Positions 20,135 to 30,006 of a DNA stretch of 64,000 nt are shown piece after piece. The translations under genes were made by a program, and so were the position numbers. Within the stretch, counting starts at the first letter, position 1. Each line of letters starts with the position of its first letter. The stretch spans positions 820,152-884,151 of the forward strand of contig CAYYWQ010000001.1 of NCBI GenBank assembly GCA_964474825.1. The letters run 5' to 3'. Origin of the DNA: an uncultured Candidatus Saccharibacteria bacterium. GTDB lineage: Bacteria; Patescibacteriota; Doudnabacteria; UBA920. The notes below the pieces were generated by a model. The model was not told the DNA's origin, made no database searches, and was given only the letters and a program-made list of their open reading frames with translations.

Positions 20135-21073
20135 TTATTTTTCCTTATGATGCGTAGTAATATAGCGAATAGTCCCGCTTTGGCCGCGGATGACTATGGA
20201 ATGGGTAATAATTTGGCCGTTTTCATAGCGAACGCCGTCAAGCAGTGGGCCGTCTATTATTCCAGTTGCGGTAAAAGTTAATTGGTTTCCTTTGGCTAAG
20301 TCATTCACACTGTAAACTTTTTTGTCGTTAAGGCCGTGTTTTTTTAGGAGCTGATGGTGCGCATCTTTCATTGGGCTAAAGCGCGCGAATATTTGTCCGC
20401 CTAAAATTTTTATGGCAACTGCGGCAAGTACCGACTCAGCCGAAGCCCCAATTCCCATTAAAAGATCAATTCCGGATTCCGGCATACACGGCGCAATTGC
20501 TCCGGCAACGTCGCCGTCAGTTATAAGACGCACTCGGGCGCCTGTCTTTCTTATCTGCGCGATTAAATCCGTGTGGCGCGGGCGGTCCATAACACACACA
20601 GTAACATCACCAACTTTTTTTCCTAAAGCTTTTGCAACTTTTGTAATATTTACCTTAACTGGCGCGCCCATTTTTATAACCTTAGCTGCCTTAGGTCCTG
20701 CAGCAAGTTTTTCCATATAAGTGTCCGGCGCGTTAAGCAGACTGCCTTTGGCTCCCGCAGCAATTACAGAAATTGCGTTATAACGGCCAAAAGCTACGCT
20801 ATCCGTGCATTCTAAAGGGTCGATAGCTAAATCCATCACTGGCAACTTCCCCATACCCACAATCTCCCCATTATAAAGCTCCGGGGCTTCGTCTTTTTGC
20901 CCTTCGCCAATTACAACAACACCTTTAAAATCTATTTGGTTAAACCTGTCGCGCATTTCGTCCACTGCCGCGCCGTCGGCCTTTTTAGCCTCACCCTTCC
21001 CCACCCACTTAGAAGCCGCTATGGCAGCTGCCTCTGTAACCCGCACAAATTCTAACGCTAAGTTTCTATCCAT
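20135..21073 (-). CDS. glpX: Class II fructose-1,6-bisphosphatase
   Basis: RVTEAAA, IGEG..DEAP, DPLE and LITDGDV motifs. Confidence 0.95.
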   Translation of the reverse strand: MDRNLALEFVRVTEAAAIAASKWVGKGEAKKADGAAVDEMRDRFNQIDFKGVVVIGEGQKDEAPELYNGEIVGMGKLPVMDLAIDPLECTDSVAFGRYNAISVIAAGAKGSLLNAPDTYMEKLAAGPKAAKVIKMGAPVKVNITKVAKALGKKVGDVTVCVMDRPRHTDLIAQIRKTGARVRLITDGDVAGAIAPCMPESGIDLLMGIGASAESVLAAVAIKILGGQIFARFSPMKDAHHQLLKKHGLNDKKVYSVNDLAKGNQLTFTATGIIDGPLLDGVRYENGQIITHSIVIRGQSGTIRYITTHHKEK

Positions 21074-21089
21074 ATGATTATAAAAATAT

Positions 21090-21365
21090 TTATTCTAAAC
21101 CTTTTTCTTTAACAGTTTTTGGTAATAACCTTGTCCCAGGATCTTGAGGGTCTATGCTCATCCAAAATTCCTCTCCATTTACTCTAACTTTTAGAAATTC
21201 TCCTTCTTTAGGAGTTATATTTTTTGAAGCTAAAAGACGAGCCATCTCAATTCTTTCATCCCTAGTTTTTGGAGAAAACCCCGCGAGTATAAAATCATAC
21301 TCAAATGGTTCCAAATCAATAGGTTCTTTAGGCCCTTCTCTTCTTTCACCTTTTTCACTTGTCAT
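21090..21365 (-). CDS. Hypothetical protein (AT-rich ORFan)
   Basis: 91 aa ORF tightly packed between tkt and glpX. Confidence 0.6.
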   Translation of the reverse strand: MTSEKGERREGPKEPIDLEPFEYDFILAGFSPKTRDERIEMARLLASKNITPKEGEFLKVRVNGEEFWMSIDPQDPGTRLLPKTVKEKGLE

Positions 21366-21371
21366 AATTGC

Positions 21372-23219
21372 TTAAATTAATTTTTTTACTTTTTTAATTA
21401 TAGCATCCTTATCTATCTCTTCATAAGCTAAAAGTTCTTCGGGTTTACCACTATGAGGCATCTTCCGGACAGTAAGACTTGCAACTTGATAACTTGATAA
21501 CTTTCCACTTGTGGCCAGTGCACTGGCCACCGCTTCTCCAATACCGCCCGCTTCAAAGTGATCTTCAACAGTAATAATTGCTTTGGTTTCTTTGGCGGCT
21601 TTTTCTAAAGTTGCAACATCTATTGGCTTTATAGAATATAAATCTATAACTCTAATATTTATATTTTCTTTTTGCAGTTCTTCGTAAGCAGCAAGGGCTT
21701 CGTGAAGTGTTATGCCTGCGCCGATTACAGTAACTTGGTCGTTAGCGGATGTTTTTAAGGTCTTAGATCCGCCAATGGGAAATTCATCAGCCTGATTATA
21801 TAAAATAGCTGTGTCTTTTCTTGTGGTCTGGATGTAAACATTCCCAAAATGTTTTGCGGCTTCGGCGACTAATTTTCCTGTTGAAACTGCGTCAGAAGGA
21901 TACAGCACAACTGACCCTAAAAGCGTTCTAAACATTGCAATTTCTTCTAAACCCATTTGTGAGGCGCCGTCTTCGCCAATGCTTACGCCAGCGTGGGAGC
22001 CCACGAATTTTATGTTGCTGTTTGCAAACTGGGACATTCTAATTTGGTCAAAAGCGCGGCTAAAAAATGCCGCGAATGTGGAAATAAACGGAATTTTTCC
22101 GCGCCTGGAAAACCCTAGCGCCACCCCAGCCATATTCTGCTCCGCAATAAACATTTCAACGTAATGTTCTGGGTGGGCTTTGCGGAACAATTCTGCAAAA
22201 GTGGAATTAGAAGTCTCTCCGTCCAACACCACCATATTTGGGTGCGCCGCAAAAATATTTACCAAAGCATTTCCATACGCTTTTCGCGTAGCAACTTTTT
22301 TGTCCAACGGATAATCTGTAAATTTAATTTCGCTCTTTTCACTTTTAACTTTCAACTTGTCACTTTCAACTTGTTCCGGTTTCGCAATGTGGCCGATTAA
22401 CCCCTTATCCACCGTCCCCAACTCCTCCAGCGCCTTAGCTAAATCTTCCCCCGAAAGCGCCACCCCATGCTTGCCTTCTTTGTCTTCCAAAAATGAAACG
22501 CCTTTACCTTTTAAAGTTTTGGCAATTATTATGGCTGGCTTGTCGCTAGACTGCATTACGCGCATAAAAGCAGCGCTAATTTCGTTTAAGCTGTGGCCGT
22601 CTACCACAATAGTTTCCCAGCCAAAAGCTTTAAACCGCTGCTCATAAACCTCGGTGTGGTGTCCAAGCATGGTTTCTCTGCTTTGCCCCAGGCGGTTAAC
22701 GTCTAAAATTGCAATTAAATTATTTAATTTATAAAAACTTGCCGCAGCGGCAGCTTCCCAAGAGCTACCTTCGGCCATTTCGCTGTCCCCCAAAAGTACA
22801 AAAGTTCTGTAGGACAAATTATCCATTTTTGCATTAAGCGCCATACCCACGCCAACGGAAAGACCTTGCCCCAAAGACCCGGTAGGCACCTCGGTATATT
22901 TAAATTCCATGGTCGGGTGTCCCTCTAACTTGCTGCCAAATTTTCGCAACGTCAAAAGTTCCTGCTCGCTTACTTTTCCGGCCACAGTATACAAAGAATA
23001 AAAAAGCGGGCTGGCGTGCCCTTTGCTAAAAATTAAACGGTCGTTATTTTCAAAATCTGTATTATCCAAGTCCGCCTTAAAATTTCCGCCAAACATTAAC
23101 ACGGTCATTAAGTCGGCGGCCGACAAACTAGATGTAGGATGCCCACTCCCCGCGGCCGTAGTGGAGGTTAAAATATAGTAGCGGACAAGTTTGGCTAATT
23201 CAGATAAGTCATTCTTCAT
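21372..23219 (-). CDS. tkt: Transketolase
   Basis: SGHP, SKGHA, TGSLGQG, GDSE..EG, IAEQ and GEDGASQ motifs. Confidence 0.95.
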   Translation of the reverse strand: MKNDLSELAKLVRYYILTSTTAAGSGHPTSSLSAADLMTVLMFGGNFKADLDNTDFENNDRLIFSKGHASPLFYSLYTVAGKVSEQELLTLRKFGSKLEGHPTMEFKYTEVPTGSLGQGLSVGVGMALNAKMDNLSYRTFVLLGDSEMAEGSSWEAAAAASFYKLNNLIAILDVNRLGQSRETMLGHHTEVYEQRFKAFGWETIVVDGHSLNEISAAFMRVMQSSDKPAIIIAKTLKGKGVSFLEDKEGKHGVALSGEDLAKALEELGTVDKGLIGHIAKPEQVESDKLKVKSEKSEIKFTDYPLDKKVATRKAYGNALVNIFAAHPNMVVLDGETSNSTFAELFRKAHPEHYVEMFIAEQNMAGVALGFSRRGKIPFISTFAAFFSRAFDQIRMSQFANSNIKFVGSHAGVSIGEDGASQMGLEEIAMFRTLLGSVVLYPSDAVSTGKLVAEAAKHFGNVYIQTTRKDTAILYNQADEFPIGGSKTLKTSANDQVTVIGAGITLHEALAAYEELQKENINIRVIDLYSIKPIDVATLEKAAKETKAIITVEDHFEAGGIGEAVASALATSGKLSSYQVASLTVRKMPHSGKPEELLAYEEIDKDAIIKKVKKLI

Positions 23220-23227
23220 AACGAAAA

Positions 23228-23545
23228 TTAATTTATATACTCAGATTTATGATTTTCTAGAAACTCTCTCGCTGCAATGTCATGTGAGGCTAATTCAGTA
23301 ATCTGGCTAACAATATCTTGACGATATTTAGTTAATCTCTCTATTTCTTTTAACGCTTCGCCATAAGCCTTAGTTTCTTTACTAACTTCCCTTTTTGAGA
23401 CTTTTGCTTGTTCAAAAATTTCCTTATAGCCCGCGACCTCAGCTTCCAGAACCTCAAGCCTTTTTTCAACTCCCTCCCATACATGCATTAATGGCCCAGA
23501 TTCTTCCTGGTAGACAGAATAATCACTTGATAATTCATTTTTCAT
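23228..23545 (-). CDS. Hypothetical coiled-coil protein (AT-rich ORFan)
   Basis: 105 aa helical ORF; TATAAT 8 nt upstream of the ATG. Confidence 0.6.
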   Translation of the reverse strand: MKNELSSDYSVYQEESGPLMHVWEGVEKRLEVLEAEVAGYKEIFEQAKVSKREVSKETKAYGEALKEIERLTKYRQDIVSQITELASHDIAAREFLENHKSEYIN

Positions 23546-23618
23546 ATATTTTGATTATATACAATTCCTGTCATATTTTAAAGGGTCGACCTTAAGGTCA
23601 ACCCTTTATTTACAATAA

Positions 23619-24797
23619 TTATTTCCTGGCTTTAGAAAGTTTTTTAAGCTCCCTTACCTTGTCTGTTCTTTCCCACGGAAATTTAACGTCTGTTCTGCCA
23701 AAGTGGCCGTAGGCCGCGGTTTGTTCGTAAATTGGTTTTTCCAAACCTAATTGCTTAACTATGTCCGCTGGCTTCATTGGAAAAATTTGCTCAACTATAT
23801 TTTCCAATTTGTCGTCCGAAATTTTTCCGGTGCCATAAGTGTCTACCATAGCGCTAACCGGTTTTGCCACGCCAATGGCGTAAGCCAACTGTACCAAACA
23901 TTTTTTAGCAAGGCCCGAAGCCACAACATTTTTGGCAATGTAGCGAGCGGCGTAAGCAGCGCTTCTGTCTACCTTAGTAACACACTTACCAGAAAATGCG
24001 CCGCCGCCGTGTGGGGCATAGCCCCCGTAAGTGTCTACTATAATTTTGCGGCCAGTTAGGCCTGCGTCTGCGGGCGGCCCACCAATTACAAACCTACCTG
24101 TGGAATTTATAAATACTTTTACATTTTTGTTAAACCATTTGCCAAGCACAGGCTTTATAACCTGGTTTGTAATGTCGGCACGAAGCTGCTCTGTAGTAAC
24201 ATCTTCGCTATGATGCGCAGCAATAACCACAGTAGTCACAGTTTTTGGCTTGCCTCCAACATATTCAATACTAACCTGACTCTTGCCGTCTGGCCGCAAA
24301 TACGGTAATTTTTTATTCTTGCGTACTTCAGCTAATTTTCTTGTAAGACGATGCGCCAGTGAAATAGGCAGCGGCATTAACTCTTTAGTTTCGTCGCAAG
24401 CAAAACCAAACATAAGACCCTGGTCACCCGCGCCCTGCTCTTTAAACTCTCCTTTACCTTCGTCTACGCCCTGGGCTATGTCTGGCGACTGTTCGTGCAA
24501 AGTGGAAATAACGCCGACGTCTGAAAAACAAAAGCCATATTCTGGTTTGTCGTAACCAATTTTTTTAAGCGTCCTGCGCACAACCGCCTGAATGTCTACA
24601 TAGGCTTTAGTCCTGGCCTCGCCGCCAACTACCACTAAACCTGTGGTGGCAAAGCACTCAATGCCAGCATGAGCTTTTTTGTCCTGCTTAAGCATTTCGT
24701 CATAAATGGCGTCACTAATTTGGTCGCATACTTTGTCCGGATGTCCTTCTGTTACGGACTCGGAGGTAAACAGTTTGGTTTGTGCTGATATTTTCAT
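23619..24797 (-). CDS. metK: S-adenosylmethionine synthetase
   Basis: [19 protein letters not shown] and GGGAFSGK motifs. Confidence 0.97.
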   Translation of the reverse strand: MKISAQTKLFTSESVTEGHPDKVCDQISDAIYDEMLKQDKKAHAGIECFATTGLVVVGGEARTKAYVDIQAVVRRTLKKIGYDKPEYGFCFSDVGVISTLHEQSPDIAQGVDEGKGEFKEQGAGDQGLMFGFACDETKELMPLPISLAHRLTRKLAEVRKNKKLPYLRPDGKSQVSIEYVGGKPKTVTTVVIAAHHSEDVTTEQLRADITNQVIKPVLGKWFNKNVKVFINSTGRFVIGGPPADAGLTGRKIIVDTYGGYAPHGGGAFSGKCVTKVDRSAAYAARYIAKNVVASGLAKKCLVQLAYAIGVAKPVSAMVDTYGTGKISDDKLENIVEQIFPMKPADIVKQLGLEKPIYEQTAAYGHFGRTDVKFPWERTDKVRELKKLSKARK

Positions 24798-24871
24798 AGT
24801 ATTATCCTTACCCTCCTACGCCAAGGCTACGAAGGGTTATTACTCTAAAAAATAAATTAATATTGTGTAAT

Positions 24872-24893
24872 AAAAAAATCCGCCAAAGCGGAT
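24872..24893 (-). terminator. Terminator hairpin of the SAM-I expression platform
   Basis: Minus strand ATCCGC TTTG GCGGAT TTTTT directly after the aptamer. Confidence 0.7.
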
Positions 24894-24899
24894 GGATAA

Positions 24900-25004
24900 T
24901 TTTATCTTCCCCGCGAGGGGCTAGAATTAGCACCGTATCGCCTTTCGGCGGATTGGTTGCTGGCAGGTCATTGGGCTAGTTCCCTAACTGCGCTCTTGAT
25001 AAAT
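24900..25004 (-). ncRNA. SAM-I (S-box) riboswitch upstream of metK
   Basis: Minus strand TTATCAAGAG..AGGGAACTAGCCC..GACC..AGCAACC..GGTGCTAATTC..GAAGATAA matches the S-box consensus and lies 5' of metK. Confidence 0.9.
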
Positions 25005-25020
25005 ATTAAGTTGTAAAAAC

Positions 25021-25049
25021 ATTATACTCCTAAAAAGCTAAGTTGTCAA
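25021..25049 (-). promoter_or_regulatory. sigma70 promoter for the riboswitch-metK transcript
   Basis: TTGACA-17-TATAAT on the minus strand. Confidence 0.8.
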
Positions 25050-25054
25050 ATTTG

Positions 25055-25585
25055 TCAGCCAAAACCAGCCAAATGCGTGCCCAAGGGTTTTCCGCGAATG
25101 CCTGTGCCTGCTGGGTCAATATCAATCCATGTATTCCCGACCCGTACCTTTAAATACTGATGAATAAACATATTCACAAATACGTGCTGAACTTTTATGT
25201 CCTCGGGCCTAAAATATTTACTATTAACTAACAAAGCCGAAACTAAATAGTTTATGGCAGTGCAATAAATAAAATCTTTAGTACTCCAAATTTCACTTAA
25301 GTCCTTAACAAATGCCCGTGGCAACCGAGTAGCCGCCTGGAAACGGGTATGGTTCCACTGGTATTTGTTCTTTTCCATAACTAAATCAAACACCGCCTGC
25401 AAATAGGAGAACTGGTCTTTTGACTGTGCTTCTAAATCTAAAATGACCGCTTTAATTTCCTCGGGAACTTTTAACGGGGGCTTAAAACCTCCCCACTCCA
25501 TAAAAGGAACTACAAAGCGCGACATCACGTAGACGAGTAAAACATAAATCGCGACCAATATAACAATAAAAATAAATGTGCTCAT
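25055..25585 (-). CDS. Membrane-anchored transglutaminase-like protein (start placed at MSTF)
   Basis: N-terminal TM; Cys-His-Asp pattern YCTAIN..IHQYLKV..WIDIDP. Confidence 0.7.
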   Translation of the reverse strand: MSTFIFIVILVAIYVLLVYVMSRFVVPFMEWGGFKPPLKVPEEIKAVILDLEAQSKDQFSYLQAVFDLVMEKNKYQWNHTRFQAATRLPRAFVKDLSEIWSTKDFIYCTAINYLVSALLVNSKYFRPEDIKVQHVFVNMFIHQYLKVRVGNTWIDIDPAGTGIRGKPLGTHLAGFG

Positions 25586-25653
25586 ATTAAGGAACATTTT
25601 CCGCTGGAAGGCGTTATATACAGTAACGGCTTTTAACAAATAAACCTGCGCTT

Positions 25654-26166
25654 ATGTTACTAATTATAATTGCTATTGTAATATTTGTACTGCTGATTTT
25701 TTACTGTATAGAAATTGTCAGCGAAAACACCGTATATGTTATTGAAACTTTTGGTAAATTTAGCCGCATTATGCCTGCAGGACTGAATTTTCGCGTTCCC
25801 GTGTTGGAACAAGTGGTGGAAAAAATTAGTTTAAAGCAGCAGACTTTTTCCTTTACCGGGCGCTACCACACTGTAAATAAAGAAGCTCTGGACGTAACAG
25901 CCAACATAATTTTTTCAGTAACACCAACCGCGGAAGCAATAACAAACTTTGTTTACACTTTGGAGGACCGCGACAAAACAATTAGCGCCACAATAGAAAA
26001 CGCATTACGGACTTCCATTGCCAGAGAAACTCATGACGATGTTTTGCAAAAAAAGGAAGCACTGACCCAAGAAGTAAAAAAAGACTTACAAACCCAATTC
26101 ACCCAATGGGGAATTGAAGTATTAAATTTTCAAATATTGGCGGTGAAGTTTATATTGAATGTTTAG
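25654..26166 (+). CDS. SPFH/Band 7 domain protein (short, no coiled-coil tail)
   Basis: N-terminal TM; VIETFGKFSRIMPAGLNFRVP; WGIEVLNFQI. Confidence 0.85.
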   Translation: MLLIIIAIVIFVLLIFYCIEIVSENTVYVIETFGKFSRIMPAGLNFRVPVLEQVVEKISLKQQTFSFTGRYHTVNKEALDVTANIIFSVTPTAEAITNFVYTLEDRDKTISATIENALRTSIARETHDDVLQKKEALTQEVKKDLQTQFTQWGIEVLNFQILAVKFILNV

Positions 26167-26221
26167 AATCTGGTTTTTTAACTTAAAGGGTGATCAAAAT
26201 TAACCCTGCAATTACCATGAA

Positions 26222-26566
26222 TTAACTTTTTGTAACGTCAATAGCTGTTTTTAATTGTTCGCCATATTTCTGAATATCTTGTGGATGTGTAACTGCTGGG
26301 TTAAGGAGTACCTCCATAACACCTTTGCGTTTGCTGTAGTAGAATCGGAAAACAGTATTAATGGTATATTGGTTATGAGCACTCTCGTTTTGCAAAAAAT
26401 GATCAGCCTCACTATCGCTTAAATAATACTGAAGTGCTTCACAAAGCCTAATGAAAAAAGGTTTTATAACGGAGACATCGCCGCTTATATTATACCTGTA
26501 CTCACCCACCTGTTCTATGGAAACGCCATAGGGTTTAAATTCTGGACTACCTAATGTATCTGTCAT
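26222..26566 (-). CDS. Hypothetical protein
   Basis: ORF with likely start MTDTLGS, preceded by TATACT 6 nt upstream. Confidence 0.5.
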   Translation of the reverse strand: MTDTLGSPEFKPYGVSIEQVGEYRYNISGDVSVIKPFFIRLCEALQYYLSDSEADHFLQNESAHNQYTINTVFRFYYSKRKGVMEVLLNPAVTHPQDIQKYGEQLKTAIDVTKS

Positions 26567-26687
26567 ATAAGGAGTATAACAAAAAATATCTACAACCAAA
26601 AATGTTCTTTATGCGACAAAAGAATTAACACCCCACAGCCCCCTTTTCATAAAAGGGCTTTTTTGGTAGAATTGGTAAGTAAAATCC

Positions 26688-26762
26688 GCGGGTATCGTAT
26701 AGCGGTTATTATCTCAGTTTTCCAAACTGATGATGGGGGTTCGACTCCCCCTACCCGCTCCA
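26688..26762 (+). tRNA. tRNA-Gly(UCC)
   Basis: GCGGGTA/TACCCGC acceptor stem, TCAGT-TT TCC AA-ACTGA, GGTTCGACTCC, CCA. Confidence 0.95.
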
Positions 26763-26772
26763 GACAATTTTA

Positions 26773-26797
26773 AAAGCCCCCACTTGGGGGCTTTTTC
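26773..26797. terminator. Bidirectional terminator between tRNA-Gly and HU
   Basis: AAAGCCCCCA..TGGGGGCTTTTT. Confidence 0.75.
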
Positions 26798-26842
26798 TTC
26801 TGTAGGCATCTGTAGTGTAATTTAATCCGTAGTTCTGTAGCT

Positions 26843-27124
26843 CTATCTTAATTTTACCGCAGCCTTAAACGCTTCACCCGCTTTAAACTTTGGGGTGTTG
26901 AGCTCAGGGATGGTAATTTTCTGGGAAGGATTACGGGGGTTAACGCCAATTCTGGAAGCACGGTGGGACACGCTAAACTGGCCAAAACCCGAAATATTAA
27001 CTTTGTCTCCGGTCCTTAGCTGTTCGTAAACCATGCTAATTAAGGTATTTAAAAATCTTTCCGCTTCGCTGTGGGTTATACCCAATTTAGCGGCTAATTG
27101 CTCGGTGAGCTGGAGTTTATTCAT
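26843..27124 (-). CDS. hup: HU family DNA-binding protein
   Basis: MNK..L; ISGFGQF..R..RIGVNPR..PKFKAG. Confidence 0.93.
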   Translation of the reverse strand: MNKLQLTEQLAAKLGITHSEAERFLNTLISMVYEQLRTGDKVNISGFGQFSVSHRASRIGVNPRNPSQKITIPELNTPKFKAGEAFKAAVKLR

Positions 27125-27306
27125 ATATGTTTGTGTTAATTATCTTTAGGCCTTTTAGATACGAAACTTGGCTCAAAAAAGGTGCGTATTAATATTATAG
27201 GTTATTTTTTTTACTCTGACCAGAGTAAAACAGCTTAAATAAGCAGGTCCTAATTATACTAACGTTAGTTTGGGCAATTTGTTGCTCTTTTTTATTTCTA
27301 AATTTT

Positions 27307-27774
27307 TTATTCTTTATCTGCCTCATCTATTTTTACCGGCACGTCTGTAATTTCTTCCCCTTCCGGAAACAATTCTTTATACAAAGTCCCAAGCACACCA
27401 TTTAAAAATTTGCCGCTACCATCCCCGCCAAAAGTTTTGGCTAATTCCACGGCTTCGTTAATCGCCACTTTAGGCGGCACGGCTTTTAAAAACATAAGTT
27501 CAAAAATACCCAAACGCAAAACGCTCCGGTCCACGCCGTCTATTTGGTCCAGTGGCCACTCCGGCGCGGTTTTAACAATAATTTTGTCTATTTCTTCCAA
27601 ATTATTAGCCACGCCTTCGGCCAACTCAAAAATAAAAGACGTGTCTTCCATTTCGCCGGAAAATTCCGCAATATGGTTTTTGACGATCGTCTTTAAATCT
27701 TCCTGCCTCTGTTTAAAATCCCATTCAAACAGGGACTGCATGGCAATGGTTCGTGATAGATGCCTATTAGCCAT
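27307..27774 (-). CDS. nusB: Transcription antitermination factor NusB
   Basis: [41 protein letters not shown]. Confidence 0.95.
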   Translation of the reverse strand: MANRHLSRTIAMQSLFEWDFKQRQEDLKTIVKNHIAEFSGEMEDTSFIFELAEGVANNLEEIDKIIVKTAPEWPLDQIDGVDRSVLRLGIFELMFLKAVPPKVAINEAVELAKTFGGDGSGKFLNGVLGTLYKELFPEGEEITDVPVKIDEADKE

Positions 27775-27799
27775 TTGTTTTCAAGAATTTCTACTAAAG

Positions 27800-27970
27800 T
27801 TATTTAGTAACTTTACGTCCCTTATAATAACCGCAGCTCATGCAAGGTAAATGAGGCTTGGTCGGGCTGCCGCAATTTTTACAAACTGCAAAAGAAGTAG
27901 CTTTTAAAGCGTGGTGGCTTCTGCGCTGGTTACGTCCACTCCGGGTCTTATGTTTCTTTGGAACTCCCAT
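27800..27970 (-). CDS. rpmF: 50S ribosomal protein L32 (zinc-binding type), 56 aa, below the ORF-track cutoff
   Basis: Hand translation MGVPKKHKTRSGRNQRRSHHALK..CKNCG..PHLPCMSCGYYKG. Confidence 0.95.
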   Translation of the reverse strand: MGVPKKHKTRSGRNQRRSHHALKATSFAVCKNCGSPTKPHLPCMSCGYYKGRKVTK

Positions 27971-28102
27971 GGAATTGAATTTAAGATTAAAAATTTAAGA
28001 AAGTAAACAAATTATAGCGAATATTGGCACTTTCGTCAATTGTCCCGCCTGGAAATATAAACCTTAAAAAACCGGCGCGCAACCAAACATCGTTGCGCGC
28101 CC

Positions 28103-28612
28103 TTAGCCGTTGCTCCTCTGCCAAGATCTGAGCTCATGGAGCCACAGTACCCTCTCCCAGTTGTAAGGGAGCTTCTTGGCAGGAACAATGCTAAAAAGAA
28201 AAAAGTCGTCCAAGTCATCCCACCGCCACCCAATGCGGGTGTGGTACATTTCTTTATTGGTGTACGCAACATAGTATAGCTTCACCTTCCAGTAGCTTGT
28301 GGAAACTACTGTGCGAGACACCTGCCATTGGCCGGGCAGCGGTATGGGTTTGGGGTGACCTTCGTAAGTGCTGTAGCTCTGGTTTCCCAGAACCATTAGC
28401 GGAGGGTCGATACCGCACAGCACGGTATCCTTCCACTTTACAAAAGTTATCAACCCCCAAAGATAGTCGGCGTGATAACCGTCTTTACGTTTATCCACCA
28501 AACACCCGCCTCCCCCGTATTCCAAAAACACCGGGAGAACGTAGATGCCATAGGCGAACAACGGAATGAAAGTTACCAAAAATAACATCAAAAACTTCCG
28601 CCTTTTGGACAC
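28103..28612 (-). CDS. Hypothetical membrane protein, Trp/Tyr-rich
   Basis: GTG start after AGAGGAGG; N-terminal TM. Confidence 0.7.
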   Translation of the reverse strand: MSKRRKFLMLFLVTFIPLFAYGIYVLPVFLEYGGGGCLVDKRKDGYHADYLWGLITFVKWKDTVLCGIDPPLMVLGNQSYSTYEGHPKPIPLPGQWQVSRTVVSTSYWKVKLYYVAYTNKEMYHTRIGWRWDDLDDFFLFSIVPAKKLPYNWERVLWLHELRSWQRSNG

Positions 28613-28834
28613 TTAAGTCCTCCTCTAATAAAACAAACTTTAGCAAACAGCTCTATTTATTGCAAGCAATAATAAAAGACGTTTTTGCGAAGAAAAACGT
28701 CTTTTATTATTCTGTATTGTAAACCGTTGACTATGACAGGAGTTAATTTAAATTTGTGTCTTGCGATACAAACTTACATTAACCATAGTCAACGGATCAC
28801 AAAAAAGAAAGTGGGAGAGGGGCGGACGATCTTG

Positions 28835-28969
28835 TCATTCTGTGCCCCTTCCTTTGTAATTACTCTTGTCGGAGCGGTCCGACCGACTAATAGGAGGCTC
28901 TACCAGAATACTAAGTAGAACCAAAACTATTACAATCAGCCAACCGTAACCGACAAAAAAATCTGCCAT
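28835..28969 (-). CDS. Small membrane peptide, 44 aa (MADFFVGYGWLIVIVLVLLSILVEPP..)
   Basis: AAGGAGG SD; single TM; followed by a hairpin and U-tract. Confidence 0.65.
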   Translation of the reverse strand: MADFFVGYGWLIVIVLVLLSILVEPPISRSDRSDKSNYKGRGTE

Positions 28970-29049
28970 CTTCCCTCCTTACGCTGGACCGCGGCGGGCC
29001 CAGGGAGCAAACCGCAAAAGACTTTACGGCCCGCTTTCGATTCACGAAG

Positions 29050-29142
29050 TTAGTGGCAGTGCTGATCCCCTGCAATCAACTGAACCACCGCCATCAAGAG
29101 AAAAAAGATGGCTGTAATGGCAGTAATCAAATCTCCCGCCAT
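29050..29142 (-). CDS. Small membrane peptide, 30 aa (MAGDLITAITAIFFLLMAVVQLIAGDQHCH)
   Basis: TAATG overlap with the upstream ORF; purine-rich RBS; single TM. Confidence 0.6.
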   Translation of the reverse strand: MAGDLITAITAIFFLLMAVVQLIAGDQHCH

Positions 29143-29267
29143 TAATCTTTCCCCCTTTCCCAAACCAGGACCGGAACAAGCCCGATCCAAAGCAGCGCTT
29201 GGAACCACCAAGCCTGGCGATGGCGCTGCACCCTGCAGTGCCACCTTGTTTCGGTCTTTACCTTCAT
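29142..29267 (-). CDS. Small membrane peptide, 41 aa (MKVKTETRWHCRVQRHRQAWWFQALLWIGLVPVLVWERGKD)
   Basis: GGAGGT SD; basic N-terminus plus Trp-rich TM. Confidence 0.6.
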   Translation of the reverse strand: MKVKTETRWHCRVQRHRQAWWFQALLWIGLVPVLVWERGKD

Positions 29268-29458
29268 TCCCTACCTCCAAACCTGCCCACTAAAATTTAA
29301 CAGGCAAATTTGGAAGTCGTATTTTAAAAAATTTGGGTGGGAGAGTGAAAAACTACGAACAACATCACTCTCCCCATTCTGCAATCAATCGCGATCCTCC
29401 TTTGCCCCGGGTAACGGGGCGATGTGTCTTCCCGCGCGGCGGCGGGATTATCTCGTGC

Positions 29459-29605
29459 CTATCGGTACAACATTCTGGCTGAGAACTGCCGTCCTAGCAT
29501 CTCAAGCCAATCCGAGTGGGTCAGGATTAATATCATGGCCCCACCCAAAAAAACCCAACAAATCCACGGGATTCTTACCCGTGGGAAACGGATATGAAAC
29601 GTCAC
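29459..29605 (-). CDS. Small membrane peptide, 48 aa (MTFHIRFPRVRIPWICWVFLGGAMILIL..)
   Basis: GTG start after GGAGGAAGGAG; single TM. Confidence 0.55.
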   Translation of the reverse strand: MTFHIRFPRVRIPWICWVFLGGAMILILTHSDWLEMLGRQFSARMLYR

Positions 29606-29794
29606 CCGATTCTCCTTCCTCCCGGCGTTTGGGGGACTACTTCCTTTCGGAAGCATTCACGCGCGTGAGGATAAAAATTCCAAATTATTTTGGAAACTTT
29701 ATTCCAACTGCGTTATGAACATTCTATTCCTTTTTCTATTTTTTTCAAGCCAGTACCTTAATGTCTGATACTTTGGCCGCGTTAAGTTTGGGCG

Positions 29795-29824
29795 GGGTCG
29801 TGGACATGTTCTGTCCACGACCCC
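29795..29824. repeat. GC-rich perfect hairpin GGGGTCGTGGACA-N5-TGTCCACGACCCC
   Basis: 13 bp perfect stem immediately after the 58 aa ORF stop. Confidence 0.8.
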
Positions 29825-29829
29825 GCGTG

Positions 29830-30006
29830 CTAACGATGGATAATGATAATGGCGAGGGCGATAACAGCCGTCGCGCTCCCCATAAAAACAACCCTGTACA
29901 GTAGCTCCCAGGACCCCCACCACTCCTGGAACCGTTTGCTGAAACAAAACATTACCAGCAAAACTAACAGGACAAACGCAACAAAGAGATCTCGGTAATA
30001 GATCAT
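29830..30006 (-). CDS. Small two-TM peptide, 58 aa (MIYYRDLFVAFVLLVLLVMF..)
   Basis: TAAGGAGGAGGAG SD directly before the ATG; two hydrophobic segments. Confidence 0.7.
   Translation of the reverse strand: MIYYRDLFVAFVLLVLLVMFCFSKRFQEWWGSWELLYRVVFMGSATAVIALAIIIIHR

Noticed and set aside
26688-26800. tRNA-Gly or tRNA-Pro as integration sites for an island
   Set aside because: No integrase and no duplicated tRNA 3' end were found in the window.
29023-29036. 14-mer TTTACGGCCCGCTT shared with 63747-63760, both upstream of accessory genes
   Set aside because: Several 14-mer matches are expected by chance in 64 kb, and the surrounding predicted structures differ.
29050-29947. ORF-track calls 29050-29280, 29459-29656, 29699-29947 and the plus-strand 29108 and 29422 ORFs
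   Set aside because: Their starts lack RBS support; shorter SD-led minus-strand ORFs explain the region better.
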